Shown in pieces: positions 1-11,461 of a DNA stretch of 64,000 nt. The stretch is from Macrostomum lignano. Its lineage: Eukaryota. The stretch lies in the NCBI GenBank assembly GCA_002269645.1, contig NIVC01000877.1, positions 62,001 to 126,000 of the forward strand. The letters run 5' to 3'. The position numbers were made by a program, and so were the translations under genes. The notes under the pieces are model-generated. The model did not search any database, was not told the DNA's origin, and saw nothing but the letters and a program-made list of their open reading frames with translations. Numbering within the stretch: the first letter of the stretch is position 1; each line of letters begins with the position of its first letter.

Positions 1-1236
1 TTGTACTGTTCTCACCTGCCAACCTACGTGACCATCCGCATGATGTTTGTACTGTTCTCACCTGCCAACCTACGTGACCATCCGCATGATGTTTGTACTG
101 TTCTCACCTGCCAGCCTACGTGACCATCCGCATGATGTCTGTACTGTTCTCACCTGCCAACCTACGTGACCATCCGCATGATGTTTGTACTGTTCTCACC
201 TGCCAACCTACGTGACCATCCGCATGATGTTTGTACTGTTCTCACCTGCCAACCTACGTGACCATCCGCATGATGTCTGTACTGTTCTCACCTGCCAGCC
301 TACGTGACCATCCGCATGATGTCTGTACTGTTCTCACCTGCCAGCCTACGTGACCATCCGCATGATGTCTGTACTGTTCTCACCTGCCAGCCTACGTGAC
401 CATCCGCATGATGTCTGTACTGTTCTCACCTGCCAGCCTACGTGACCATCCGCATGATGTCTGTACTGTTCTCACCTGCCAGCCTACGTGACTATTCGCA
501 TGATGTCTGTACTGTTCTCACCTGCCAACCTATGTGACCATCCGCATGATGTCTGTACTGTTCTCACCTGCCAGCCTACGTGACTATTCGCATGATGTAT
601 GTACTGTTCTCACCTGCCAACCTACGTGACTATCCGCATGATGTCTGTACTGTTCTCACCTGCCAGCCTACGTGACCATCCGCATGATGTATGTACTGTT
701 CTCACCTGCCAGCCTACGTGACCATCCGCATGATGTATGTACTGTTCTCACCTGCCAGCCTACGTGACCATCCGCATGATGTCTGTACTGTTCTCACCTG
801 CCAGCCTACGTGACTATTCGCATGATGTCTGTACTGTTCTCACCTGCCAACCTACGTGACCATCCGCATGATGTCTGTACTGTTCTCACCTGCCAACCTA
901 CGTGACCATCCGCATGATGTCTGTACTGTTCTCACCTGCCAACCTACGTGACCATCCGCATGATGTTTGTACTGTTCTCACCTGCCAACCTACGTGACCA
1001 TCCGCATGATGTTTGTACTGTTCTCACCTGCCAACCTACGTGACCATCCGCATGATGTTTGTACTGTTCTCACCTGCCAACCTACGTGACCATCCGCATG
1101 ATGTTTGTACTGTTCTCACCTGCCAGCCTACGTGACCATCCGCATGATGTCTGTACTGTTCTCACCTGCCAACCTACGTGACCATCCGCATGATGTCTGT
1201 ACTGTTCTCACCTGCCAGCCTACGTGACTATCCGTA
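1..1236. repeat. 46-bp tandem minisatellite, about 27 copies, continuing past the window start
   Basis: Unit TGTACTGTTCTCACCTGCCAACCTACGTGACCATCCGCATGATGTT with a period of 46 nt; the minus strand contains the donor-like GGCAG|GTGAGA. Confidence 0.97.
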
Positions 1237-1974
1237 CGCTTCGATGGTTAAATGCGGAAAAAAGTGGTGCAACTTTCAAAGTTGACTCAGGAAACGGCAC
1301 CACCATATACCCTAGCAATCCTAATTAGTAATCCTACCTTGTTTGGTGAGCTCAAATTGAGTTTCAACCCTGACTGTGGCTGGTCATGTGATTTTTGCAA
1401 GAAAACCTTAAAAAACCCAAAATATGTTATTAAAGTACATGGGATTTCAATCGAGCCCCCCATAGGCAACAATAATACTAATAAAGTAAAGCAGATTAAT
1501 AGTTCCCTAACCGAACTTGAGCAGCTGGCAGTCAAAGAAATCAACAGCCCCAGCTGTCTGCATGGCTGGCTGCCGAGGAGGCCCAGGGCGAGCCGGTGCA
1601 CACAGCAGGATAAACTGATTAGCTGCATTAATAAGCCGGCCCCAGGTTTTCTACTTTCATTCTCCCGCCTGGCTGTCTCTGTAGCCAGCCTCCCCCCCCG
1701 AGTCCCGAGACTCGCGTCTTCGATTCTGAAGCCGGAGAGGCCGCTGCACTCGCTCTCAGATTTCCATCCCCAGCAGCAGCCGCCCAACCCCCGATTCAAT
1801 TCAGCCCGCCCGCTCCTCTACCTGCCACGGTAAGGGGGAGGCAAATGATCAAATATAAGAATATTAAATGCATTTCCCAAAATTGAGAACTGCATGAGAA
1901 CAGGAGCCTTGAGCTCTTATTGAGAAAGAACAAGAATACTATATTATTATTGAAAATGAGAGGCATGGGGATTA

Positions 1975-2870
1975 GAGGGAGACGAGAGAGAGAGAGAGGG
2001 AGAGAGAGAGAGAGAGGGAGAGGAGAAGGGAGGAGAGATGGGAGAGGGGAGATAGGAAAGAGGAGAGGGGAGAGGAGAGATGGGAGAGGGGAGAGGAGAG
2101 ATGGGAGAGGGGAGATAGGAAAGAGGAGAGGAGAGATGGGAGAGGGGAGAAGAGAGATAGGAAAGAGGAGAGGGGAGAGGAGAGATGGGAGAGGGGAGAT
2201 AGGAAAGAGGAGAGGGGAGAGGAGAGATGGGAGAGGGGAGAGGAGAGATGGGAGAGGGGAGATAGGAAAGAGGAGAGGAGAGATGGGAGAGGGGAGAAGA
2301 GAGATAGGAAAGAGGAGAGGGGAGAGGAGAGATGGGAGAGGGGAGATAGGAAAGAGGAGAGGGGAGAGGAGAGATGGGAGAGGGGAGATAGGAAAGAGGA
2401 GAGGGGAGAGGAGAGATGGGAGAGGGGAGATAGGAAAGAGGAGAGGAGAGAGGAGAGATGGGAGAGGGGAGATAGAAAAGAGGAGAGGGGAGAGGAGAGA
2501 TGGGAGAGGGGAGATAGGAAAGAGGAGAGGGGAGAGGAGAGATGGGAGAGGGGAGATAGGAAAGAGGAGAGGGGAGAGGAGAGATGGGAGAGGGGAGATA
2601 GGAAAGAGGAGAGGGGAGAGGAGAGATGGGAGAGGGGAGATAGGAAAGAGGAGAGGGGAGAGGAGAGATGGGAGAGGGGAGATAGGAAAGAGGAGAGGGG
2701 AGAGGAGAGATGGGAGAGGGGAGATAGGGAGAGGAGAGGGGAGGAGAGATGGAAGAGAGGAGATGGGAGATGGGAGATGGGGCAAGGGAGAGGGGGGATG
2801 GGAGATGGGAGAGGGGAGATGCGAGGGAGATGGGAGAGGGGAGATGGAGGAGAGAGATGAGAGAACAGAG
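1975..2870. repeat. Purine-rich (GA) degenerate tandem repeat, unit about 42 bp, in a POLG intron
   Basis: Iterated GGAGAGGGGAGATAGGAAAGAGGAGAGGGGAGAGGAGAGATG; the long ORFs across it are low-complexity artefacts. Confidence 0.95.
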
Positions 2871-2942
2871 CAGGACTCCAACCAGTCAGATGAGTTAAGT
2901 TATTCGTACAAGACGGAACAGCCAATGTACCAAAAAACTCAC

Positions 2943-3110
2943 TTCGGCAGTCCGGTCTTGGATTTTCCCACGGACCAGTCGAGATCCCATAGCCAGGGAT
3001 CGAGCTCGTGACCTCCGTTAGCAAATTTTTTAACGGCTTCGTCAGCCAGACGCTGCAGAGTTTGCCGCTGGCCGTCCTGCAGGCGGTCGTAGACGGTCTG
3101 GGACAGCCGC
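2943..3110 (-). CDS. POLG: DNA polymerase gamma catalytic subunit, coding exon 5 (gene continues toward lower coordinates)
   Basis: RLSQTVYDRLQ...DPWLWDLDW matches the POLG DPWLWDLEW motif; acceptor CTGTACAG at 3111, donor GTGAGT at 2942. Confidence 0.9.
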
Positions 3111-3154
3111 CTGTACAGGGACGGAGCAGCGGGTTGGATTAGATTTATCGTACA

Positions 3155-3206
3155 GGGTAAACGGCGGGAGTAACCATGATAGCTTGATGCCTCGTCATAC
3201 ATTTAG
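3155..3206 (+). other. Degenerate 28S rRNA H69-H71 fragment, copy A (11-nt central deletion)
   Basis: GGGTAAACGGCGGGAGTAACCATGA joined to TAGCTTGATGCCTCGTCAT, versus 28S GGGTAAACGGCGGGAGTAACTATGACTCTCTTAAGGTAGCCAAATGCCTCGTCATCTAATTAG. Confidence 0.85.
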
Positions 3207-3423
3207 TAAAGATTGTTTAACAGTAATTGGCGTGAGCCGTGAGTATCTATACCTGAGGTAGTTTATATTAAAATACATGTACTTCGTAATGTAATTAGTA
3301 CGAGATTCAGTTTATTACTCTTGAATAGGGTAAAAAGCAAGTGCATTTTGCCCTGTCTGATACATAATTACATCGTTATCTTCTAATTAGTCTAATTAGT
3401 CTAGATAGTAATAACTTTACAAT

Positions 3424-3488
3424 GGGTAGACAGCGAGAGTAACTATGACTGCTATTATACAACGGATTGCCTCGCCATCTAATTAGTG
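3424..3488 (+). other. Degenerate 28S rRNA H69-H71 fragment, copy B
   Basis: GGGTAGACAGCGAGAGTAACTATGACT...TGCCTCGCCATCTAATTAGTG, abutting the POLG donor site at 3491. Confidence 0.8.
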
Positions 3489-3491
3489 CAC

Positions 3492-3988
3492 CTGTACTTA
3501 TTCCAGCTGGAGTTGGTAGGCAGCAGCACGCTGCCCATCTCCAGCAGGCCGCCGAGAGTCACCGGGCTGGGAAAGTGCTTGTCGAAATCCTTCCACTGGC
3601 GCGCCAGCACCCGGTGGGTCATCCAGACGTCGCGGGCGCAGTAGGCGAGCATCTTGCGCAGTCGGTCTCGAACGTCGGCCAGACTGCCGCTGACGAAATA
3701 ATCTCGCAGCTCGAGTTTCGCGTCGGCCTCGGCGTCCTCGCCGGTGCACAGCGCGAAGACATCGGCCAAGTTGTTCAGCGCCGAGTCGCTAACCCAGGCC
3801 AGGCGGCCGAAGTTGTCCTCGTCAACGGAGTCGGCGCCGCGCTGCTTCCGGTCGCGCTGGTACTCCGCCCAGCGCTTGTTGGCGAAGCGGCCCCGCTTGG
3901 CCATGAGCTTCAGGGTGCGCTGGTTGGACGTCAGGCCGCGCATGCCGATATGTAGCGACATCGTGTCCAGGAACCGACTGCCCGTGCG
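3492..3988 (-). CDS. POLG: POLG coding exon 4 (exonuclease domain, ExoIII region)
   Basis: RFLDTMSLH...YCARDVWMTHRV...PSPVTLGGLLEMGSVLLPTNSSWNKY matches POLG; AG/GT borders and phases agree with neighbouring exons. Confidence 0.95.
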
Positions 3989-4009
3989 CTGCGCGGCCGC
4001 CGGTTTTTA

Positions 4010-4310
4010 GGCGATTTTGAGAGGCGGTTTTAAGGGCGCTTTCAGGTGCGGTTTTAGGGGGCGATTTTAAGAGGCGATTTTAGGGGGCGATTTTAGGGAG
4101 CAATTTTAGGGGCGATTTTAGGGGGCGATTTTAGAGGCGATATTAGGGAGCAATTTTAGGGGCGATTTTAGGGAGCAATTTTAGGGGCGATTTTAGAGGC
4201 GATTTTAGGGGGCGATTTTAGGGGCGATTTAGGGGGCGATTTTAGGTGCGATTTAGGGGGCGATTTTAGGGGCGATTTTAGGGGGGCGATTTTAGAGACG
4301 ATTTAGGGAC
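4010..4310. repeat. About 12-14-bp tandem repeat (TTTTAGGGGCGA) in POLG intron 3
   Basis: Directly visible repeats. Confidence 0.9.
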
Positions 4311-4412
4311 CATAAGTTCGAACAAAATTGGTTGAGCCATTTTTGCTAAAATCGATCACATACCCACATACCTACCTACCTACCGACAGACCATTTTTAG
4401 TATATGGATTTA
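4311..4412 (+). mobile_element. Helentron/DINE-like 3' end fragment
   Basis: AAATTGG...GAGCCATTTTTG...microsatellite (CCTA)n...TTTTTAGTATATGGATT layout typical of such ends. Confidence 0.4.
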
Positions 4413-4652
4413 GTGGGCGATTATAGGGGCCGACTTTAGGGAACGATTTTAGGGAGCGTTTTAAGGGGCAATTTTCTGAAGGGTGATATTCCTAAGAAAA
4501 CAAATTTAAATGATGTTTGCTATTTTTAAACAGCTATTTTAAAAAGGCGATTGTGTGGGTGATTGCCGATTTTAGGCAGCCAAATTTTAGAAGCTCAAGC
4601 TGCCGTGACAAAGGAATTATGAAGGCCTGTCAGTAAGCAATTCGCCCCTCAC

Positions 4653-4830
4653 CTGGAGACTGTACTCCTCCTTGATCTTGGCCCGGTCAAACGCAACAAA
4701 GTGGCCAGCAATGAGGCGCGGCCGGTTTGGATCATCCCCAGGACCGTACATCGGCACCAGGTGCTCCGGAGCGAGTTCATCGTCTGCGACTGGCGGCCCA
4801 CCGAACAGCATCGGCGAGCACCAGCAGTAC
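4653..4830 (-). CDS. POLG: POLG coding exon 3 (ExoII motif)
   Basis: YCWCS...LIAGHFVAFDRAKIKEEYSLQ matches POLG VVGHNVSFDRAHIREQY; acceptor GATCAG, donor GTGAGG. Confidence 0.95.
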
Positions 4831-4837
4831 CTGATCG

Positions 4838-4897
4838 GGGTAAACAGTAGGAGTAACTATAGATGTATCTAGAGTAGTCGAAGCCTCGTCATCTAAT
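4838..4897 (+). other. Degenerate 28S rRNA H69-H71 fragment, copy C; its antisense forms the pyrimidine tract of a POLG acceptor
   Basis: GGGTAAACAGTAGGAGTAACTATA...GCCTCGTCATCTAAT, starting 7 nt from the exon. Confidence 0.75.
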
Positions 4898-5444
4898 AAA
4901 AAATAATTAAAAACTATTAAGTAAAACTATCTACGGTACCAAGACCAAGAAGCGTCTCAGAATGACTTTCGTCGTCCCATAGTCGTTTCTGAGTCGCTTG
5001 CAGGTAACACAGGGGGTAAAATACGACTCTAAACGACGCTAAAACGACGAGTCGATACAAGTCGCAAAAAAGTCGTCAAAGAGTCGCCCAACAGTCAATT
5101 TGAAGCGTTTTATTGTCTGCGACTCTGAAACGCGATCTGGACCGTAGAGTCGTATTTAAAGGCGTGCCAGAGTCGCTGAGTTGTGTTTGAAGCGCATTTG
5201 CGTCGCTTGATGAATTTGAGTTTTACGATTCTTGGACGACTCTTTCGCGACTCTGTTACGATTCTGCAACTCACGTGACGCGCTAGTGATGCAACAGTCG
5301 CCTTTCTGTCACATTCGGAACTCTAATATTCCTAAATTGTGATTTAGCAGCCTCTTTTAAGTCTATAATATAGTTCCTTTAAAGTACATTTAATTAACAG
5401 TACATTTATAGTACATAATTTAGCGCCTGAATCACGTGTCTAGT

Positions 5445-5712
5445 TCTCGCGCACCCCCACCCACCACCCCCGGGCACGGACCAGCCCTCCAGGCCCCAAG
5501 CCATCCCCACCACCCCCGGGCACGGACCAGCCCTCCAGGCCCCAAGCCACCCCCACCACCCCCGGGCACGGACCAGCCCTCCAGGCCGAAAGCCACCCCC
5601 ACCACCCCCGGGCACGGACCAGCCCTCCAGGCCGAAAGCCACCCCCACCACCCCCGGGCACGGACCAGCCCTCCAGGCCCCAAGCCACCCCCACCCCTAG
5701 GGTACGGACCAA
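5445..5712. repeat. 46-bp GC-rich tandem repeat that reiterates the POLG exon 2 end and donor site
   Basis: CGGG anchor at 5471, 5517, 5563, 5609 and 5655; the minus unit contains GGCCTGGAGGGCTG|GTCCGT. Confidence 0.9.
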
Positions 5713-6230
5713 CCCTCCAGGCCGAAAGCCACCGCCATGACGGGCGCCTGGCCCACCGCTAGCACGTTCTCGGTGTCGAACACGAACGCGTCCCCGGCAG
5801 GACAGGTCACGGGTTCGAGTCTCGCAGCGGAAGTGCCGGAGCACAGCAGCCGGTGCCAGCCCGGACCAGGTGGCATCGGCCAGGCGTCCTTGGCCGGCGG
5901 ACCAGACTTCGAGGTCCTCGCGGAGGCTAGAGCGTCAATCAGGCGGCGGTAGGGCGCCACCTGCTCCTCGGCGATGCGCCTGAAGTGCTCCTCGATGCCC
6001 GCCCCGCCCTCCAACGGCGGGAGGGGGCAGCGGATCACCGGGGCGTGGCTGCCGGCGGAGGCAGAGGCCAGGGACTGCTCCAGCGGGATGCCGTGGCGCT
6101 TCAGGTGAGCCACAGCGGCTGCCGGCGGCGGCCGCGCCTGCCGCTTCGAAGCATCGCGCGAGCCGCCGGTGCCTTCCTGGCCTCCGAAGAGGGCGCGTTG
6201 AAGGTCCCGACTGAGTAGCTGGATGCCAAC
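5710..6230 (-). CDS. POLG: POLG coding exon 2 (N-terminal domain and ExoI motif)
   Basis: VGIQLLSRDLQRALFG...LPPLEGGAGIEEHFRRIAEEQVAPY...AFVFDTE...GW matches POLG; phase-2 donor completes a W codon with exon 3. Confidence 0.95.
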
Positions 6231-6244
6231 CTTGAAGCACATGA

Positions 6245-6600
6245 AGGTTTGCAACTTAGTGCACATTGGGGCGGTAGGTTTGGTGTACATTGGACTTATA
6301 GGGTTTGGGTATAGATTAGGCTGTAGGGTTTAGGTGCACATTGGGCTGTAGGGTTTAGGTGTACATTGGGCTGTAGGATTTGGGTGTACATTGGGCTGTA
6401 GGGTTTGGGTGTACATTGGGCTGTAGGGTTTGGGTGTACATTGGGTTGTAGGGTTTGGGTGTACATTGGGCTGTAGGGTTTGGGTGTACATTGGGGCTGT
6501 AGATTAGGTGCATATTGGGGCTGTAGGTTTGGTGTACATTGGGCCGTAGGTTTGGTGTAACATTGGGGGGGGCTGTAGGGTTTAGGTGTACATTAACCTT
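6245..6600. repeat. About 25-bp tandem repeat (TTGGGTGTACATTGGGCTGTAGGGT) in POLG intron 1
   Basis: Directly visible repeats. Confidence 0.9.
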
Positions 6601-7048
6601 AGAATATTTGCAGTTGTTCTACATTCACTGAGTACACAACGGGGCTGGTGAACATGCACAATAATTGAAGCTGTTGTACGTTTGACATGTACTTTGTGTT
6701 GTGTCACATAACACATGGTGTTAAGTTAATGTAGTTTACAGTGGGGCTGGCGTAAAAAGGGATGACATGCATCAGGACTAGTGCACATGTACATTAGGGC
6801 TAGTGCACATTGGAACTTAGGACTAGTGTGTATCGGGACTGGTGAACACTGTGGCAACTCAGGTGTACATTGGGCTCAGTTTACATTCTTACGGCCTGGC
6901 CTACTGCTCGTAAGAATCGAAGTATGTATAAATCAGACGTTTATTATTCCCCACTGGCTTAAAAAGTAATACATGTACAAATCGTATTTAGTCATTAGCC
7001 GACAAAGACAATCACAGAAGTAACCAAATCTGGAGAGCCTCAACGAAC

Positions 7049-7195
7049 CTCATTGAAGGTCGGCGGTTCAAAGTCCGCTGGCGCGGCGGCGTCAGCAGCG
7101 CTTGAAGAAGTCGCTGTCGCAGTTGCCGCAGCTTCAACGCTTTTAAATCGTTTAAGCAACTTCGCTAGAAGGCGCTGGCTCGACAGGAGCTGCAT
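7049..7195 (-). CDS. POLG: POLG coding exon 1 (presequence-like N-terminus)
   Basis: MQLLSSQRLLAKLLKRFKS...PPTFNE joins in phase 0 to VGIQLLS; in-frame stop upstream of the ATG; basic, Leu/Ser-rich N-terminus. Confidence 0.8.
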
Positions 7196-7429
7196 TTGGC
7201 TTTGACCTACTTTGCCGCCGAGTCAGAGCGGATGCTGCTGAGCAAGCTGATGAAGATTGAGCAAGGCGAGCATCAGCATCACTCTGGATGGATGCTGCAA
7301 CAGAAGATTTATGCAAGTACATTCAGTACTTTTTCAAATAATTAATTATGGGTGCTGCGAAGGCCTTTGATTAGAAAATGGTTTCACCGACTGTGATTAC
7401 TGAAATAATGTAACTGACCCACTCCCTGA

Positions 7430-7850
7430 CCTGAGACAAATTTGACCCACTTACAGACTAACGTGACCCCCTCTAACCGACCAATATGTCCCCTCCCAAC
7501 AGACTAATGAGACACCACAAACAGACTAATGTGACCCCCTCTAATAGAGCAATGTGACCCCGGCCCCTCTAACAGAGCAATGTGACCCCCTCAAACAGAG
7601 CAATGTGACCCCCTCAAACAGAGCAATGTGACCCCCTCAAACAGAGCAATGTGACCCCGGCCCCTCTAACAGACCAATGTGACCCCCTCAAACAGAGCAA
7701 TGTGACCACGGCCTCTCTAACAGACCAATGTAACCTCTCACAGACCAATGTGACACCCCCAACGGACTAATGTGACCCCCTCAAACAGACCAATGTGGCC
7801 CCCTAAAACTAATGCGACACCAACAGACCAATATGGAGCCCTCTAACGGT
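7430..7850. repeat. About 23-bp degenerate tandem repeat (AAACAGAGCAATGTGACCCCCTC)
   Basis: Directly visible repeats. Confidence 0.85.
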
Positions 7851-8432
7851 AATCCTGGTGAAGTCCCATCCAACAAATTTCCAACTTAAAAAGTAAGTTT
7901 TAAGTCGAGAAGCTGGAAGCCGAACGCGTGTGCCAGATTCACACTAGGTGTTAAAATGTGATCAAAATTGCACTAAAAAAGCATTTTCAGGCTATGAAAA
8001 TGAAATTAATATCAAGAATTGTATTTAGTAATGAAATTCTAATTAAAAATCACCAAGTTTGTAAAACAATTCTGAAAATCAATATGTACACAGGACACAA
8101 GAAATTTGGCACACAAAGGGGATTTGACGATCATTCTGCAACCAACCATCCTTGAAGGAACCTGGACCGCAAATCAGAATTTAATGCCACCCACTCCGTG
8201 CCTATATTATCCATAAAAATCAATAAATATTAAATGTACAAAAACCGCCCAACTTGGAACCAATATAAGGCGGCAGTCAGGCCAAGAATCTTCTACAAAA
8301 AAGTAAACAACACAAAACAAAGTAAACATTTTGATTTCCTGCAGAACAGAAAGCCTTAGGTCAATAAAATTATTGATTTGATTTTTAAACAACGAAAAAG
8401 GCAATGAAGTTTTCTCAAATTCTATCAAAATA

Positions 8433-8555
8433 TCACTGTTGCGACGTTGAAGATGCGCCTTTTGCACTACTGCCCTGCCGATCTATATAGTAGTATAGAG
8501 AGCAGTAGAGACCGACTAGCAAAAGCAGAAGACCGGCCAGAGGCAGCAGCACGTC
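8433..8555 (-). CDS. Last exon of predicted RING gene; C-terminal transmembrane helix
   Basis: DVLLPLAGLLLLLVGLYCSLYYYIDRQ...SQQ*; acceptor CATCAG, phase 0. Confidence 0.6.
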   Translation of the reverse strand, partial: DVLLPLAGLLLLLVGLYCSLYYYIDRQGSSAKGASSTSQQ

Positions 8556-8639
8556 CTGATGTTGGAGAACGATGGATTTTATTTACACTTTTGTTCAGGA
8601 AATTTTTAACTGATCATCCGGAGCTTTTTTATGACTCAC

Positions 8640-8725
8640 CGAGACAAGCGACCGCGATTTGAGCTGCTCATCAGCTGATCGCTGCTCCTTCATGCTCTTG
8701 CTGGCCCGCTTCTGCTGGCTCTGAC
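8640..8725 (-). CDS. Exon 3 of predicted RING gene
   Basis: QSQQKRASKSMKEQRSADEQLKSRSLVS; acceptor CTGCAG, donor GTGAGT; phases fit neighbours. Confidence 0.6.
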
Positions 8726-8764
8726 CTGCAGTTGACAGGGGGATGACGGCAGGCTTATCAGCTT

Positions 8765-10255
8765 AGTGGGGTCACCGCTACCCCATGGGGCAATGACCCC
8801 CCTGTGTTTAACCGCTACCCCATGGGGTCAAGACCCCCCTGTGTTTCACCGCTACCCCATGGGGTCATGACCCCCCTGTGTTTCACCGCTACCCCATGGG
8901 GCCATGACCCCGTGTTCCACCGCTACCCCATGGGGCCATGACCCCCCCCCCTTAGTGTTCCACCGCTACCCCATGGGGCCATGACCCCCCCTTAGTGTTC
9001 CACCGCTACCCCATGGGGCCATGACCCCCCCCCTTAGTGTTCCACCGCTAACCCATGGGGCCATGACCCCCCCCTTTAGTGTTCCACCGCTACCCCATGG
9101 GGCCATGACCCCCCCTTAGTGTTCCACCGCTACCCCATGGGGCCATGACCTCCCTGTTTTCCACTGCTATCCTATGGAGCCATGACCCCCCCCCCTTAGT
9201 GTTCCACCGCTATCCGATGGGGCCATGACCTCCCTGTTTTCCACTGCTATCCTATGGAGCCATGACCCCCCCCCTTAGTGTTCCACCGCTATCCGATGGG
9301 GCCATGACCCCCCCTTAGTGTTCCACCGCTACCCCATGGGGTCATGACCCCCCCCCCTGTGTTCCACCGCTACCCCATGGGGCCATGACCCCCCTTAGTG
9401 TTCCACCGCTACCCCATGGGGTCATGACCCCCCCCTGTGTTCCACCGCTACCCCATGGGGTCATGACCCCCCCTGTGTTTCACCGCTACCCCATGGGGCC
9501 ATGAACCCCCCCCCCCTTAGTGTTCCACCGCTACCCCATGGGGTCATGACCCCCCCCTGTGTTCCACCGCTACCCCATGGGGCCATGACCACCCTGTGCT
9601 TCACCGCTACCCCATGGGGCCATGACCTCCCTGTTTTCCACTGCTATCCTATGGAGCCATGACCCCCCTGTGCTTCACCGCTACCCCATGGGGCCATGAC
9701 CTCCCTGTTTTCCACTGCTATCCTATGGAGCCATGACCCCCCTGTGCTTCACCGCTACCCCATGGGGCCATGACCTCCCTGTTTTCCACTGCTATCCTAT
9801 GGAGCCATGACCCCCCTGTGCTTCACCGCTACCCCATGGGGCCATGACCTCCCTGTTTTCCACTGCTATCCTATGGAGCCATGACCCCCCTGTGCTTCAC
9901 CGCTACCCCATGGGGCCATGACCTCCCTGTTTTCCACTGCTATCCTATGGAGCCATGACCCCCTGTGCTTCACCGCTACCCCATGGGGCCATGACCTCCC
10001 TGTTTTCCACTGCTATCCTATGGAGCCATGACCCCCCTGTGCTTCACCGCTACCCCATGGGGCCATGACCTCCCTGTTTTCCACTGCTATCCTATGGAGC
10101 CATGACCCCCCTGTGCTTCACCGCTACCCCATGGGGCCATGACCTCCCTGTTTTCCACTGCTATCCTATGGAGCCATGACCCCCCTGTGCTTCACCGCTA
10201 CCCCATGGGGCCATGACCCCCCCCGTGTTCCACCGCTACCCCATGGGGCCATGAC
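8765..10255. repeat. About 37-38-bp minisatellite with a palindromic CCCCATGGGG core; dimeric higher-order repeat in the distal part
   Basis: CACCGCTACCCCATGGGGCCATGACC alternates with CACTGCTATCCTATGGAGCCATGACC from about 9590. Confidence 0.95.
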
Positions 10256-10261
10256 CACCCA

Positions 10262-10590
10262 CCCAGACTGCCCAATGATCATCAGCAGTGACCCGACTGT
10301 CCAATGACCATCAGCAGTGACCCTAGACTGCCCCATGACCATCAGCAGTGACCCCAGACTGCCCCATGACCATCAGCAGTGACCCCAGACTGCCCCATGA
10401 CCATCAGCAGTGGCCCCAGACTGCCCCATGACCATCAGCAGTGGCCCCCGACTGTCCAATGACCATCAGCAGTGACCCTAGACTGCCCCATGACCATCAG
10501 CAGTGACCCCAGACTGCCCCATGACCATCAGCAGTGACCCCAGACTGCCCCATGACCATCAGCAGTGGCCCCAGACTGCCCCATACTACC
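10262..10590. repeat. 31-bp tandem repeat (ATGACCATCAGCAGTGACCCCAGACTGCCCC)
   Basis: Directly visible repeats. Confidence 0.92.
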
Positions 10591-10638
10591 CCATGACACC
10601 CAGTGGCCACCCAGCAGCATAGACATCAAAAGACGCAC

Positions 10639-10722
10639 CGATCTTCTTTCGGTACTGATCCACAGGCAGCTGCGCCGCCATCGCATCCTTCCGGCCCATT
10701 TGCTGCTCCCAGATTTCCTGGT
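10639..10722 (-). CDS. Exon 2 of predicted RING gene
   Basis: QEIWEQQMGRKDAMAAQLPVDQYRKKI; phase 1 in and out; tandem CAGCAG acceptor, donor GTGCGT. Confidence 0.55.
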
Positions 10723-11461
10723 CTGCTGCTTTTGCAAGCCAAAGAATTCCAAATCGATCGGTTTGATTCCTCTAATATATAAATTTTTGAGTTGTAAATT
10801 TGGACTCAGAAAGGGTCATTGTTTGAGATTTGTTCTCGGTCTAAGAGTTGAATTTTTCAAGTTAGACTTCACAAAGGCAGTTTTCAATATTTATACGATT
10901 GTGTCAGCTGATAAAAAGTAAGCTTTGCTTGTTGCTAATATATGAATAAAAAGCCAAAAGAGATGAAATTAACAGATTTATTGCTTTAAATTCGGAGCAT
11001 GCATTATTTATTTATTTCTTCTGTAATTATGCAACAACAGGTACGCGTTATTGTACATTAGTGTATAGCACGGCACACTTTGTATACTGAGCAAGCAAAT
11101 TATTAATAAACATATTTTTTTAAATAAAAAAAATTGATAAGCTAAAAACGCGGCAATTGCACCGGGGAAAACAGCGCTGGCAGGAGGCGGAGATTCTCAG
11201 TATTAAAAATACTCTTTTTAAAACTTTTTAAAATATATTTTTAAAAATTTTACATTAAAAATAAAATGTAAAATTACATATGGAATGTCAATTGTCAATG
11301 CTGATTATAATTGCTTTTTTTTAAATATAATTCTATTTTCGGTAAAACGATAAAAAGTCGGCATAGTTGTCTATCTCAGATTATTTGTCTAATCTGAGAT
11401 ACTGAGATACTGTGCACATTCGCAACAATGCGAGTACTTTATCAGTTCTTGCACTTACTAA

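Noticed and set aside
1615-1650. AGCTGCATTAAT resembling pUC vector sequence
   Set aside because: The match is only about 12 nt and the flanks differ; not contamination.
1252-1833. ORFs of 193 aa (+) and 170 aa (-)
   Set aside because: No recognisable motifs, no POLG similarity, and no phase-consistent exon found.
1796-3024. Long ORFs across GA/CT repeats (also 14268-16082, 21669-23372, 24781-26018, 27314-28030)
   Set aside because: Stop-free only because of purine/pyrimidine strand bias; low-complexity translations.
3155-3488. 28S matches as a real rRNA gene or group I intron site
   Set aside because: Only 50-65 nt, degenerate, with no flanking rDNA or intron core.
4010-4310. TTTAGGG-like repeats as interstitial telomere
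   Set aside because: The unit is 12-14 bp with GCGA interruptions, not a telomeric hexamer or heptamer array.
4900-5330. GAGTCG/CGACTC-rich segment as a MITE
   Set aside because: Many short inverted motifs, but I could not define TIRs or a TSD.
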